From Psammoneis japonica (Eukaryota): a DNA stretch of 38,865 bases. The notes beneath the pieces were generated by a model. It saw nothing but the letters and a program-made list of their open reading frames with translations, was not told the DNA's origin and searched no databases. The first letter of the stretch is position 1; every line of letters begins with the position of its first letter. The stretch is from positions 930,001 through 968,865 of the forward strand of contig QPGO01000003.1 of assembly GCA_008632985.1 (NCBI GenBank). The letters run 5' to 3'. This document shows positions 23,301-33,258 of the stretch, in pieces. Made by a program: the position numbers and the translations under genes.

Positions 23301-24613
23301 TGTCTTGCACTGGAGGTCATTGAGAAGAAGTTGCAGACATCTGAATGATGGCTGGCTTTCACAACAATGAACAAGGTGGGAGTCAAAGCTCGAGGAAGGA
23401 TTGCAAGTGCAACAGAATTTTTTGAGTCTCTGGACACAATGTGATGTGTCTCAGTGTGAAGCATGTGTGAGACATCTTGGTCTCATCTGCTGCTGTGTTG
23501 CATGCCAAGAAAAGGACACAAACACTGCCAAGTAAAGGACACAAACACTGTGGGGTGTGCTGGTGTGGCACGCAAATGTGTTTCTCTGGAAAGCAGCAAG
23601 CTGGTGCATGAGGAAGAAGCAGCACCAGTGCAAGCAGTGTGGATGGCAAGACACTGGGAGAGGCAGTGCCATCATCATGGCATTTGCCCAGATTGGGCTG
23701 CAACTCACATGAAGTGACACACATTTCAATGTGTCTGCTTGGCGAAACTTCGTTTGCTGCAATCACGAAGGTTTTGTTCCCATCTGCAATCTTCTTGTGA
23801 AAACAAAACAGTGCCCACGCATCCATGGACTCACAGTCCTCTTGTGCAGGTTTTGTCCAGTGCTCCTTGGGTCTCATTTTTTGATCCTCCGTTGTCGAAC
23901 CACCGCAGCAGTTGGGGCGTTTGTCACAATCAAGAGCAGCCCAGCACGAGCACAGGCGCACAAGGAGAAATGAGCAGGCGGCAAACACGAGCTCAGACCA
24001 ATCTTCCTCTGATGGCACTTCTGGAACAGTTTTGTTTTGAACGCTCCAAATGACACCATGAATGGCTTCCAAAGCTGTGATTTGCCCAGGCTCAAGACGA
24101 GTGCTTCAAGCATCTGAGCTCACAACGACCATCTGGCACACGCTGACACCACAAACACCTGAACCATGGCCTGCTCCAACAGGTGCAAGAACATGGACAG
24201 GGGAAACAATTGAGAAAAAAGATGCCCAAGAAGGCATGACAGTCATCTTGAAAACTGAACAGAATGAAGTGGGACATGGCGCCATGTCAAACGACCATTT
24301 TTTGAAATGGTCAAAAACGTGCGTGACCATCCCGCCTTCGTTCCTCGCAACGAATTCCACGTGGAGATTTTGAAAACTTGCCACCGATAACCTTCCATCG
24401 ATCATCATGCGTTTCCAGTTTCTGCTCGCATCGCGATTTTCTCGTTTCTCGTCCATCATCATATCATCAACCTTGGCTCACTGTCTCTGCAATCCAAACA
24501 CAAAGAGCCACCGGCATTTCACTTTGTATCGGTATTGAAAGCACTACGATTCTCGAGCTTGGTGTCTCATTATAAGCATCAAAAAGTTCTCGAGAAAGAA
24601 TTGGAATAGAAAA

Positions 24614-26083
24614 ATGAGGAACATTCTGCTTTCTCTCTGCGTGTTTGGGAACCTCTACGCGGGCACTACAGCTGCAGCTACAAAGGAAAAACAACCCCCA
24701 CAACAGTCTACCTATTCCACTCGCACTGCACGCCGTGAACGCAACTTGGATCATTGGGATGCCGAGACCCTGGCATATTATCTAGGTGTGGATGCCAACA
24801 CGGGCGAACCCATCAAGGACGCCCCCTATGCCGGCACGGACGCGGCCGTCATGTTTTATTGCCTCGTGGTGCCGCAACTGTCACGCCTTTGCTCCATCGT
24901 GGGATGCCATTGCGACTTATATTCACGCTGGAACGGTTCAATCCAATCTCATCATGGCGTTATTCGATTGCGAGTTGGACTATCAACACTCGAAACTCTG
25001 TTCTGCCGCGGGGGTCAGGCACTATCCAACCATGATGTACATTGGTTCCGGCCCATACCACGATACGGATCCCATTACACGCCTAGTAGTTGGTAAAGAC
25101 AAGAGCGCTGGTCCTGCGGGAGCAACCAAGCTACCCAGAACTGTCAAGTTTCAGGGCAATTGGAAATTGCCCGATTCCGTTTTGGATTGGGTACGATTTA
25201 TGCGCAGCCTTTCGAAATGGCATTATCAAACGACTCATGGATTCTTGAGAATCTTGCGAGAGGGACTGTTGGGATTTATTTTTAAATCGTCCAAAAAGAA
25301 GGCTGGACAAGAATCCTGCCGGTTGGCATTCCTCCACAAATGTCGCTGTCAACAGCCACAACCACTCCATTGTCCTCGTCGTCAACGGTTCCTCGTGGCG
25401 ATGCAGCTTCGTCTGGCAGTGCGGGCCCAGAACAGACTGGCTTGTTGGAACTTCAGCTCAAACAGGCCAAGGAGGAGGCCAAGAAAATGTCCAGGCTGGT
25501 GTCACACACCAGTGTGTTGATGAGCTCCGTCTTGTTGCCTCCCAAATCCAACATGACAGAACGTGGCTATGTCGACGTTTTCATGGAAATGAAAGATCAT
25601 TGGAAGGACAAGGCGCCGGAGAAACAAGTACTGAAAGCTTGCATGATGGAATTGTCGGCGGATTATTGCAGTCGCTTGACGACCCGGGTCGTGACAGACT
25701 ATGTCGACGCGACTCCCGTGACGGAAATTCCCGACGATATGAAGGTGATTGAAGAATTGCTACGGAAGCAAATCGAAGAGCAAGAACCCTTTTGCAACCT
25801 GATGGAAGAGTGCGTCAAGACGGAGTTTGCCAAAAAGGAATGCCAAAGCCCGACGTGTCCCTTTCAACAAGATGTGGCATGCCGGTACTTGACCGCGTGC
25901 ATGGACGAATCCATTCAAACCGAATACGCCGTGGCATTGGGATTCATCAAGGAAGGAGAAAAGTTCGGTAAGGGTGCAGCAGCTGCTACAGCTGCAGCAG
26001 AAGAAGCCGTCAATGCCACAGAGACGACACCACCCAGTGACACGGCTGCGAAAGCCACTAGTACAGGTGCATGGGGCGTGTAG
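24614..26083 (+). CDS. Secretory-pathway thioredoxin-fold protein (WCRNC motif); two apparent 1-nt indels (~24860 and ~25316)
   Basis: Signal-peptide-like N-terminus; AVMFY|ASWCRNCHAFAPSWDAIA; DCE...LC...GV.HYPT; Cys-rich C-terminal part. Normal TpA, CpG and Tyr content. Confidence 0.8.
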
Positions 26084-26175
26084 GCGAGCTAAAGGACGAG
26101 AAATCAATAATTTTTGGATTCAATGATTCTTGGTGCTATAAGGATTTTATACACGGTTCCATGCGTCCCTAGGAA

Positions 26176-26754
26176 TTACTCTTCTTTGTAATCATCACCC
26201 GCACCGTCAGCTAGTTTCTCCTTAACTTCCACTCGGATTTCATTCACGTCATCTCCCTGCAGCTGATCTCGCATAAATTGACACTCGACACGCAAATTGA
26301 CTTGCTCCAACGCTCCACGAATGATTCCACAATAAATGTTTGAATAATGTAACTTTTCTGCCGAATTAGGCAACTCACAAAAGAGCGCCAGAGGATTTTC
26401 GTATATATACAGAGAAAAGGCATTGTCGTTTTCGTGTAAATGCACGTCGCACGATATTCCCAAAAACATGCGAAATGCCGTCTTGGCCACCACTTCAGCC
26501 GTATCCTTGAGAGACGTACAGGTGGGAACCGTCATGCCGTGTTGTTCCGACTTGGCGAGGAACTCATCGACGCATCGGATCCCAATGGAGTAGCCCATCT
26601 TTTCTAATTCCTCATTGACTTTTTCATAGTCTTCATAGTCCCGTACCAGTTCCGTCACGAGAGAGCCATACGTCAATGCAAATAGTTCGGCGTTAGCCTT
26701 GGGCATTTTCGTCCAGAGGGCGTGGCCCGACGCGGCGGCGACGGACTTGCTCAT
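26176..26754 (-). CDS. BET3: TRAPP complex subunit 3 (Bet3), 192 aa, intronless
   Basis: NAELFALTYGSLV..LVRDYED...VNEELEKMGYSIGIR.VDEFLAKS; ENPL..F.ELP; YSNIYCGIIRGALEQV; D.L.GDD.NEIRV. Confidence 0.96.
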   Translation of the reverse strand: MSKSVAAASGHALWTKMPKANAELFALTYGSLVTELVRDYEDYEKVNEELEKMGYSIGIRCVDEFLAKSEQHGMTVPTCTSLKDTAEVVAKTAFRMFLGISCDVHLHENDNAFSLYIYENPLALFCELPNSAEKLHYSNIYCGIIRGALEQVNLRVECQFMRDQLQGDDVNEIRVEVKEKLADGAGDDYKEE

Positions 26755-26929
26755 GGTGGGTTTGAGGTTGTGTGTTGTGTTGTGTGTTGCATTGCGTTTC
26801 ACCGTATGCACCTCAGACGCGGGCACCAAATCTATGTCATGAAAAGTTATAAAGACAAACAGGCAAGCGTCTGGAACAAGTGCGGCACACAATGCGACAC
26901 AAACGTCTTGTTTTCATGGGAGCCTCCTT

Positions 26930-28985
26930 AGATGCTGAACATTCAGCAGTTTGTTTGGAGGCCGCAGGCAGGAGGCTGCTTCTGGCAGCTTTGCAGGCAG
27001 CCCTTGTGTGGCTTTGAAGTCTTCCATCTCATTGGCTTGGTGACCAGAGCAATGTCACTTCTCTCCTGCAACAGTCTTTGAGCTTTGACCTCGCCTCTTC
27101 TCTGGTGTGAGCCCACATGCACAAATTTGAAGGAGTTGGAGTTGCAGGACAGCCAAGAAGATGCAGCTTGCTCTCTCTCATGTTCTGCAGAAATCTGTCA
27201 ACTGCAGCACAGATCTGGTGGTCATTTTGCTTTTTTGGAATTTGGCTCAGCAGCTTTCACAGAAGTGGGAACAAGATGAGCAATCCAACCCACTGAATCG
27301 AATCCAATGGCAGCATTCTTTCAGATGAGATCTCAATTTCTGGTGTGGGTGCTGCTCCAGCTCTGTCCTTCCATGGTTGCCCGGGTGTTTGCTTTGTCAT
27401 TCCCAGCCCAACACATGACCTTCTTGTGCACATCAATGGCAAGACTCTCATCATTTTTGGCAGTGCCATTTCTGCAGGCAAAGTTGGTGTTTCAATGTTG
27501 CTGTCCTTGCTGCTGTTTGCCATCATGCTCTTTCTCCAGCCCCTTGTTCTGTTGTGGCCATTGTTGTTGTTGCTGTTCCCATCATTGCCATTGACTGGAG
27601 TGCTTGTTTTTCGTTGCTTTGCGTGTTTCTCCAAAAATTCCTCTTTTCTTCTGTCAAGGGTGTGTCATGGCAACAAGCTTTGCAAAATTCCTCATTTGTT
27701 GCCAGAGAGGTGCCGCCCCTTTCAAACACTTGATCAATGATGCAAGCACAAAATGCACCAGCTCTCAAAGCAGCATCCTCCCATTCTTGCTCCAGACATT
27801 GCTGCCTTTCATCAAGGTTGGCATCTAAAAACACAGCAATGGAACTCATTTCCCATGGTCTCTCCATGCAAAGGTGTTGGATGTCATCAAGGCTCTGGGC
27901 ACTCTGTGTGAGTTGCAGATGACCAGTGTCATTGCTCATTGCATTGTGCATTGTTTTGGATCTTGCGGCTCTGACTGCAGATGAACTGAGAATGCTGCCA
28001 TCATCTGTTGTTGTCGTGTTGTGTGTTGGTGCATGCATGGAGCAAGTTCCGATGTGGCAATGGTCCATCCCTCATTGGAACTTTGCTTGTGATGTGTGAC
28101 CACTGATGCACACACCTTGCTCTGACCACTCTTCATCATCTGTGGGATGACGCACACAACACTCCTACCCACAATCACAAGATGGCTGGTTTTTTTCATT
28201 TGGCTGCACCGCTGCTTTCATCTGTCGGCAAGGCATTGTCTCACATTTTCCATCACAGCACCAGCATTCACCACACCTTGGTTTTTCACACACGTGCATG
28301 GACACCTCCTGCAAAGTTACTCAGCAAGATGGGAGGTGCCTTCTGTCACTGGAGCTGCTCTCTTGCCAGGAGCACTGTGTTCTTTGACCTCTCTTTTGCC
28401 CCTTGGCTTTTCCAAGAGCACATTTGCTGTCCATCAGTCTCATTTTCACACCAACAGGTGTGTCACAACCTGCAATCCACCAGCTGCAAAGAGGGGGTTG
28501 CCAGGAGCAGCACCATGTGTTTGAGCTTTATTTTGCCACAGATCCCTGGACTTGGCCCAGAGCACTGTTTTCTCTCTGGCAGCCTCATTTCCACACCATC
28601 AGGCATGTTGCAGACTGCAAACTGCCTCTGGAAATCCTTTGCATTGAACAATTGCATCCGCTGGTGCATTGGACCTGCAAGCACAACCAATGAAAAAAAG
28701 CTGAGCGCTCCATGTGTGGATGTGCCAGCATGTTGACAAATGTGAAAAGCCTTCTGACCAGCTGTGCAAGAGATTGGGACAAGAGGACTGCTGGCAGAGC
28801 AATGGACATTCCCTCCTCTCTGTCTGCTCTTTCACTTTGGAGGCACATCTCAAGAGAGAGCCTTTGTGTCTGCCGCAGCCATTGATCTGTGGTTTTGGTG
28901 AAGATCCGAATCTTCCCGAGCCACTGTCTTCATTGGCTCTCATTGTTGTTGGCCAATCACTTCTTGCGCCATCAAAAAGAGGCAA
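26930..28985. other. 2-kb TpA-depleted island between normal genes; probable degenerate repeat or duplicated gene (minus-strand ORF remnants)
   Basis: About 5 TA dinucleotides in 2 kb by eye, with TG/CA excess. No TIR, LTR or transposase motif recognised. Confidence 0.6.
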
Positions 28986-29528
28986 GTCGTAAAACGAAGG
29001 AAAAAGAAAGAGCTTTCAGCAGTGTTGCCAATTCCTCCGAGAACATGCAAGCTATGGTAGAGCAAATAACATTGCCTAGCTCATGACATGTTGTAGATAG
29101 TGCGCACACTACTATTGTAGAGGGGCAAGTCGCAAAGGAGATACGCGAGGACTCAAGCAATCGACGAGTTTTGTACGGAGGAGTCGATTATGCACTCGCG
29201 ACGATTTGGGAAATCAGAAATCCTACTCTTATGCCACAACCACACTGTTGTTATTGAAGCATACGCCTCCGTTTCAAGACTATGCTACGGTTCGAGCCAT
29301 GACATCATCGAAGGACCGGAGGAAGTATACGTGAAAGATCGCATAGAGGCATCCTGATTGGGATATGTGCGAAAAGAAGGAATGCCTGGGGTGTATCCTT
29401 CCACTCATATGACAGGTCGATGATTGCTTCATATCTGGAAGAAAAGAGGGGCTACCAATACCGTCTTTACCAGCCAACGCAAAAGCTAGATTTTCAAAGT
29501 TCGCCACCGCTTGACGACATTGACTCCT

Positions 29529-30773
29529 CTAACGAAACCCAAACAAGTGACCTCGAACGTCTTGGCCCTTTTCAATTCTGGGAACAATCTCCTTGTATGC
29601 AACGAGCTTGTAACCGGCCTTGGCGGCGGCCTCGACGGCGTGTTGCTTGGTATGCGCAAAACGCCCAGACGAAAGCAGTCTCCAGCCGAGTGGTGCTTCC
29701 TGGTTTGTGGCTCGTTCACAGGAAAAGACAAGCTTGCTGTGCCTGGTGGCGAGACTGGCAAAGGTTTGAAGGATCTTGTCGAGTTGTCCAAAGTATACAA
29801 ATACATCTGCAGCGACAATGAGGTCAAATCCTTGTGCATTGTTTGCATTGACAACGCCGGGAGCACCAAGGGTATTGTCGAGAGTCATGTCCTCTAGATC
29901 CAGCGCCAGGAGGCCTTGGTAGAGTGGTTCGCCGCCGCTACCTGTCTCCTCGTCCAGTCCACATCCCGACGTCGTGGTGCATTTGGAAGCGATATCTAGC
30001 ATTTTCTGCGAGGCGTCTACCCCTACCATGGGTCCGCTGACAAGTGGTCGCAGATACCGGCCTGCTAGTCCCGTCCCACAACCCGCGTCGAGTGCCGCCT
30101 GATAGGAAGTAGAAAACGACAACAACAACTCTTTTGCCATGTCACCCACCATGCCGGGTACCTTGTATTCGAGACTTGCGAGTTTGGCGTCAAAGCTATC
30201 CGCAAAGCTATCAAACAATTCAGCTACAAATTCTTTTGGTTTGCGCTTGTGCACGGTTGTTTCACCCGTAATTTTCTGTAGAAATTCTTCTGCCTGTACA
30301 TGATTGGCATTGAGCGTGACGGCATTTCGTAGCGAATTCTCGGCATTTTCGACACACAATTCTCTAGATGGCGACGAAGCTTGAGTGACAGTCTCGGCTC
30401 CAATCAACAAGGTGTGAGGGTCCAGTGCTAATTGCTTGCAGTCATCGCTCGTCAGCTCGGACAGGGACTTGCCATAGCATAGTACAGCTCGGCCAGAGCC
30501 GCGTCCCGCTCTGCGTTTTCGCCCTCGTGAATGGTCGCCTTTTCGATCGCCAAAATACCTTCTTCCATTCCACCACAAGCTCCAATCGATTTCTAGTCGT
30601 CTTCTCAAACTCTTGCAGTAGAGACTGCGAAAACGAGTGCCATGGTTTGTAATTGCGCCGTTGGAAGCACGCCAAGCTCCCATGGTGGAACGAAACAGCG
30701 CCTCTGTCGACTCGTTGTCCTGGGCAGAAGAACGCTTGATGAAAATCAAGCATATCACGAAGAAGAGCTTCAT
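29529..30773 (-). CDS. Class I SAM-dependent methyltransferase (COG4976-like, TPR-associated type) with signal peptide; N-terminal part probably frameshifted
   Basis: FVAELFDSFADSFDAKL..LEYKVP; ALDAGCGTGLAG; VGVDASQKML; FDLIVAADVFVYFG.L; SGRFAHT. Hydrophobic N-terminus MKLFFVICLIF...SSA-Q. Confidence 0.88.
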   Translation of the reverse strand: MKLFFVICLIFIKRSSAQDNESTEALFRSTMGAWRASNGAITNHGTRFRSLYCKSLRRRLEIDWSLWWNGRRYFGDRKGDHSRGRKRRAGRGSGRAVLCYGKSLSELTSDDCKQLALDPHTLLIGAETVTQASSPSRELCVENAENSLRNAVTLNANHVQAEEFLQKITGETTVHKRKPKEFVAELFDSFADSFDAKLASLEYKVPGMVGDMAKELLLSFSTSYQAALDAGCGTGLAGRYLRPLVSGPMVGVDASQKMLDIASKCTTTSGCGLDEETGSGGEPLYQGLLALDLEDMTLDNTLGAPGVVNANNAQGFDLIVAADVFVYFGQLDKILQTFASLATRHSKLVFSCERATNQEAPLGWRLLSSGRFAHTKQHAVEAAAKAGYKLVAYKEIVPRIEKGQDVRGHLFGFR

Positions 30774-31446
30774 ACTAGCCTTTTTCAACAATATATGCTC
30801 GTGAGACAGCTTTCTTATTATAATAAGAGGGGATGCGTCGTGCGTATGTGCGTTGCACGTCGCGCACGTCCTCTTGCGTCCGACAGCTATCCAGCCATGC
30901 GTGAGCTGATGATCATTGATTCTTCAAATGTTGGTAGAAGTAACTCAGATCACGATGGTCGAGGCAACTTTGAAGAGTAACTTAATGAGAATAGAAGGCC
31001 ATTGGGTTCCCACAATGGTCTCCAACGCCCCTGCGCTAACCACCGGCATCAATAAAGCAAAGGGAGGCAAAGGGCGTTCACGTCTTTGCCGCCACCAAAC
31101 TCACGACCCAAAAGCGCGGGAAACTCAATTACAAATGCACTTTTATTTTGAAAATCGCTCATCTGGTGTATGTGTGAGTTTAGGACCTACTGTATGCGTG
31201 GTGGTATCATTGATCATGATGTGGTTCCCGCCCGCTTGAGCTGGAAATGAAAGCAAAAGCTCAAGATATGTCGGAGTAACAACTCTGCCGCAAGAACATG
31301 AAGCCTTATTTCGATCGATGATGCACGACTGAGGAATTTCGATCCTACCGCACTGATTTCACACGCGGATGAACGGTCGATGTGCGAATGGCAAACGGCG
31401 AGAACACTCGATGCTGACTCCCTAGCTCACAAAATCAAAGAGCTTG

Positions 31447-32236
31447 CTAACACAAAAGAGAGAAACCGGTGAATGCATGAGAAGTGGAGGTTGTGATCGC
31501 TGCATGCAGAGACTGCAAGGCGGGTGACCACATTGTCCGAAAAGACCCTTTCTTGGTTTTCACGCTATCCTTGCTGAACGGAACAGTGAAGGCCTGGGCA
31601 CGGTCCTCCAACACAACGAACAGAGGCTTGTCGAGGGGGCGTCGATCTGAACGATTATCGAATTGAGAATCGCACGGAAACATCGAGCGCCGTTGTCGAT
31701 CGTGCGCGAAACAAGTTGCAGGACAAAGGACCAGCCTAACAATTGTCAGTTCTTGGATGACAACGGCGAGAAATTTGCACGCGAGTGTGATTGCGGTGAG
31801 GAAAGCAGCCGTGTTCAGGTGGACGATGTTGATAACTGGATCCACGGCCATTAAAGAGCAAAACAGCTGTGCGGTTGTGAAGGGAATCTCAAGCAGGACG
31901 GAAGGCACAAGGCAGGCACTAGTGTTGATGGAGCTTTTGCTGGTCCGCCTGGAGCAGTCCTCGTGCAATTATGGCGGCGGGTACGCCGAGGAAGTGATTG
32001 GTATATGCGAAAGTCGCTCCGTCATCGCAGAAACGACGTCTAGGAACAGTGCCGTCATGTCTGTACTCTCCGATCCAAAATAGCGAATCGAAGACAACTT
32101 GTGAATAGATTGTCCTTGGCGTTGCAGGGACGAAGCCGACGATACCGAAGCTCACGGATCCTAGCTGCACCAATTGGAGCCCCGGGGCGTATACTTCGTC
32201 ATCTTTGATGCCCAGTTGCTTTGGCTTCAATTCCAT
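31447..32236 (-). CDS. Possible hypothetical gene (frame uncertain)
   Basis: Overlapping ORFs 31919..32236 and 31447..31968 in DNA of coding-like, normal composition. No motif recognised. Confidence 0.25.
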
Positions 32237-32522
32237 AAGGATTAAATGATTGGAAGAATGGTAGCAGTGTCAGAATGGATGGAGCAAAGAAATAAGGAAA
32301 AGCAACGCTTTCGTAACACCTACCAACATACGGTCTACCGGGTAGACTGGAAGATCCGTTTAACGCAAAACGCCCGTTGGATTACCACAAGTGAGTTCAC
32401 CTCTGTAGAATAGATAGCAAATCGATGGTGATGCAAGCCTATTTTTGTCTATTTCAAATGGTACAACGAACTGACAAGATCTGGGCCGTTCTCTCCGTGC
32501 GTTCATTATGCAGCCGACGCTG

Positions 32523-33136
32523 TTATTCTTCACTTTGTTGCCTCACAAGAATCGGTGATGCCATATGTAGAATCATGTACCAACTTCCACCTTCTCTTCG
32601 ATACACATTTAGCGCTTCCAGCTGCCCTCCACCCGTCGTCTCTTCGATACAGCTACACATTGCAGTGTGCCCAGCAATGTCAATCTTGACACGCGATGGC
32701 TCCACCGTAAAGGCTGGACCCTGAAAAATCTGTGCCCACGAATCCATTATTGCATCTTTTCCCTCTATACATTCCATACCCGGATGGATACATCTTACAG
32801 CGTAGCTGGATGATTCTTCACTCCATAATTTTTTCATTCCTTCATAGTCTCGATTTGTGAAGGAGTCGTAGAATTGAACTTGTGCTTTCCTAATGCCAAA
32901 CTCAGCTGCAGTCTTTGCGTTTGAATTTCCTCCTCAAGTTCCTTGCGTCGATTGGAATCTTTCGTCGTTGACGACAACTCGGCTTCCAACAGTGGCAGCT
33001 GAAGGACGGGGTCACCATCCATGGAGGAAAGCCTCAGCGCGTGTGGCTTGCCGGCTTTTCGGGGGTGTTGTGGCACGAACGCCCCTGAAGGACAATTCAA
33101 TCCGAACAAAACAAGCAAGAATGCAATCAAAGACAT
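32523..33136 (-). CDS. Plastid-targeted SnoaL-like (NTF2-fold) protein; one apparent 1-nt deletion near 32925
   Basis: MSLIAFLLVLFGLNCPSGA-FVP is a bipartite ASAFAP-like presequence. The corrected frame reads NAKTAAEFGIRKAQVQFYDSFTNRDYEGMKKLWS...CIHPG...G...I.DSW.QIF...NVYRREGGSWYMILHMASP. Confidence 0.82.
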
Positions 33137-33258
33137 CGAAAACGACTCTGGCTTTGTATCTAAAATGCCGTCGGCACCTGACAAGAGGAGCGATAAATGA
33201 ACAGCGATGATGGGCTTTTGGTGCGGTGTATGGTTTTAAAATAGAAGATTAAGGAAGC

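Noticed and set aside
1..24300. Classical fungal RIP or plain 5mCpG decay as the full explanation
   Set aside because: RIP raises TpA and lowers CpA/TpG, the opposite of what is seen. CpG decay is present but cannot remove TA or turn Tyr into Cys/His.
1..24300. Alternative genetic code or a foreign (viral/contaminant) genome segment
   Set aside because: Several unrelated eukaryotic transposon families and their non-coding parts share the bias, paired copies differ reciprocally, and the same bias recurs in a separate island between host genes.
51..24373. Most short overlapping ORFs in the six-frame track as real genes
   Set aside because: They are by-products of TAA/TAG depletion; many are antisense to recognisable transposase frames.
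26755..26892. 46-aa N-terminal extension of BET3 in the ORF track, and the (TGTGT)n-like tract at ~26767-26790
   Set aside because: Non-ATG start; homology begins at MSKS (26754). The tract looks like an ordinary CA-rich 5' UTR.
29529..30773. The methyltransferase as the enzyme behind the hypermutation
   Set aside because: It is a small-molecule/protein-type class I enzyme with a signal peptide and lacks DNA methyltransferase catalytic motifs (PC, DPPY/NPPY). Proximity alone is not evidence.
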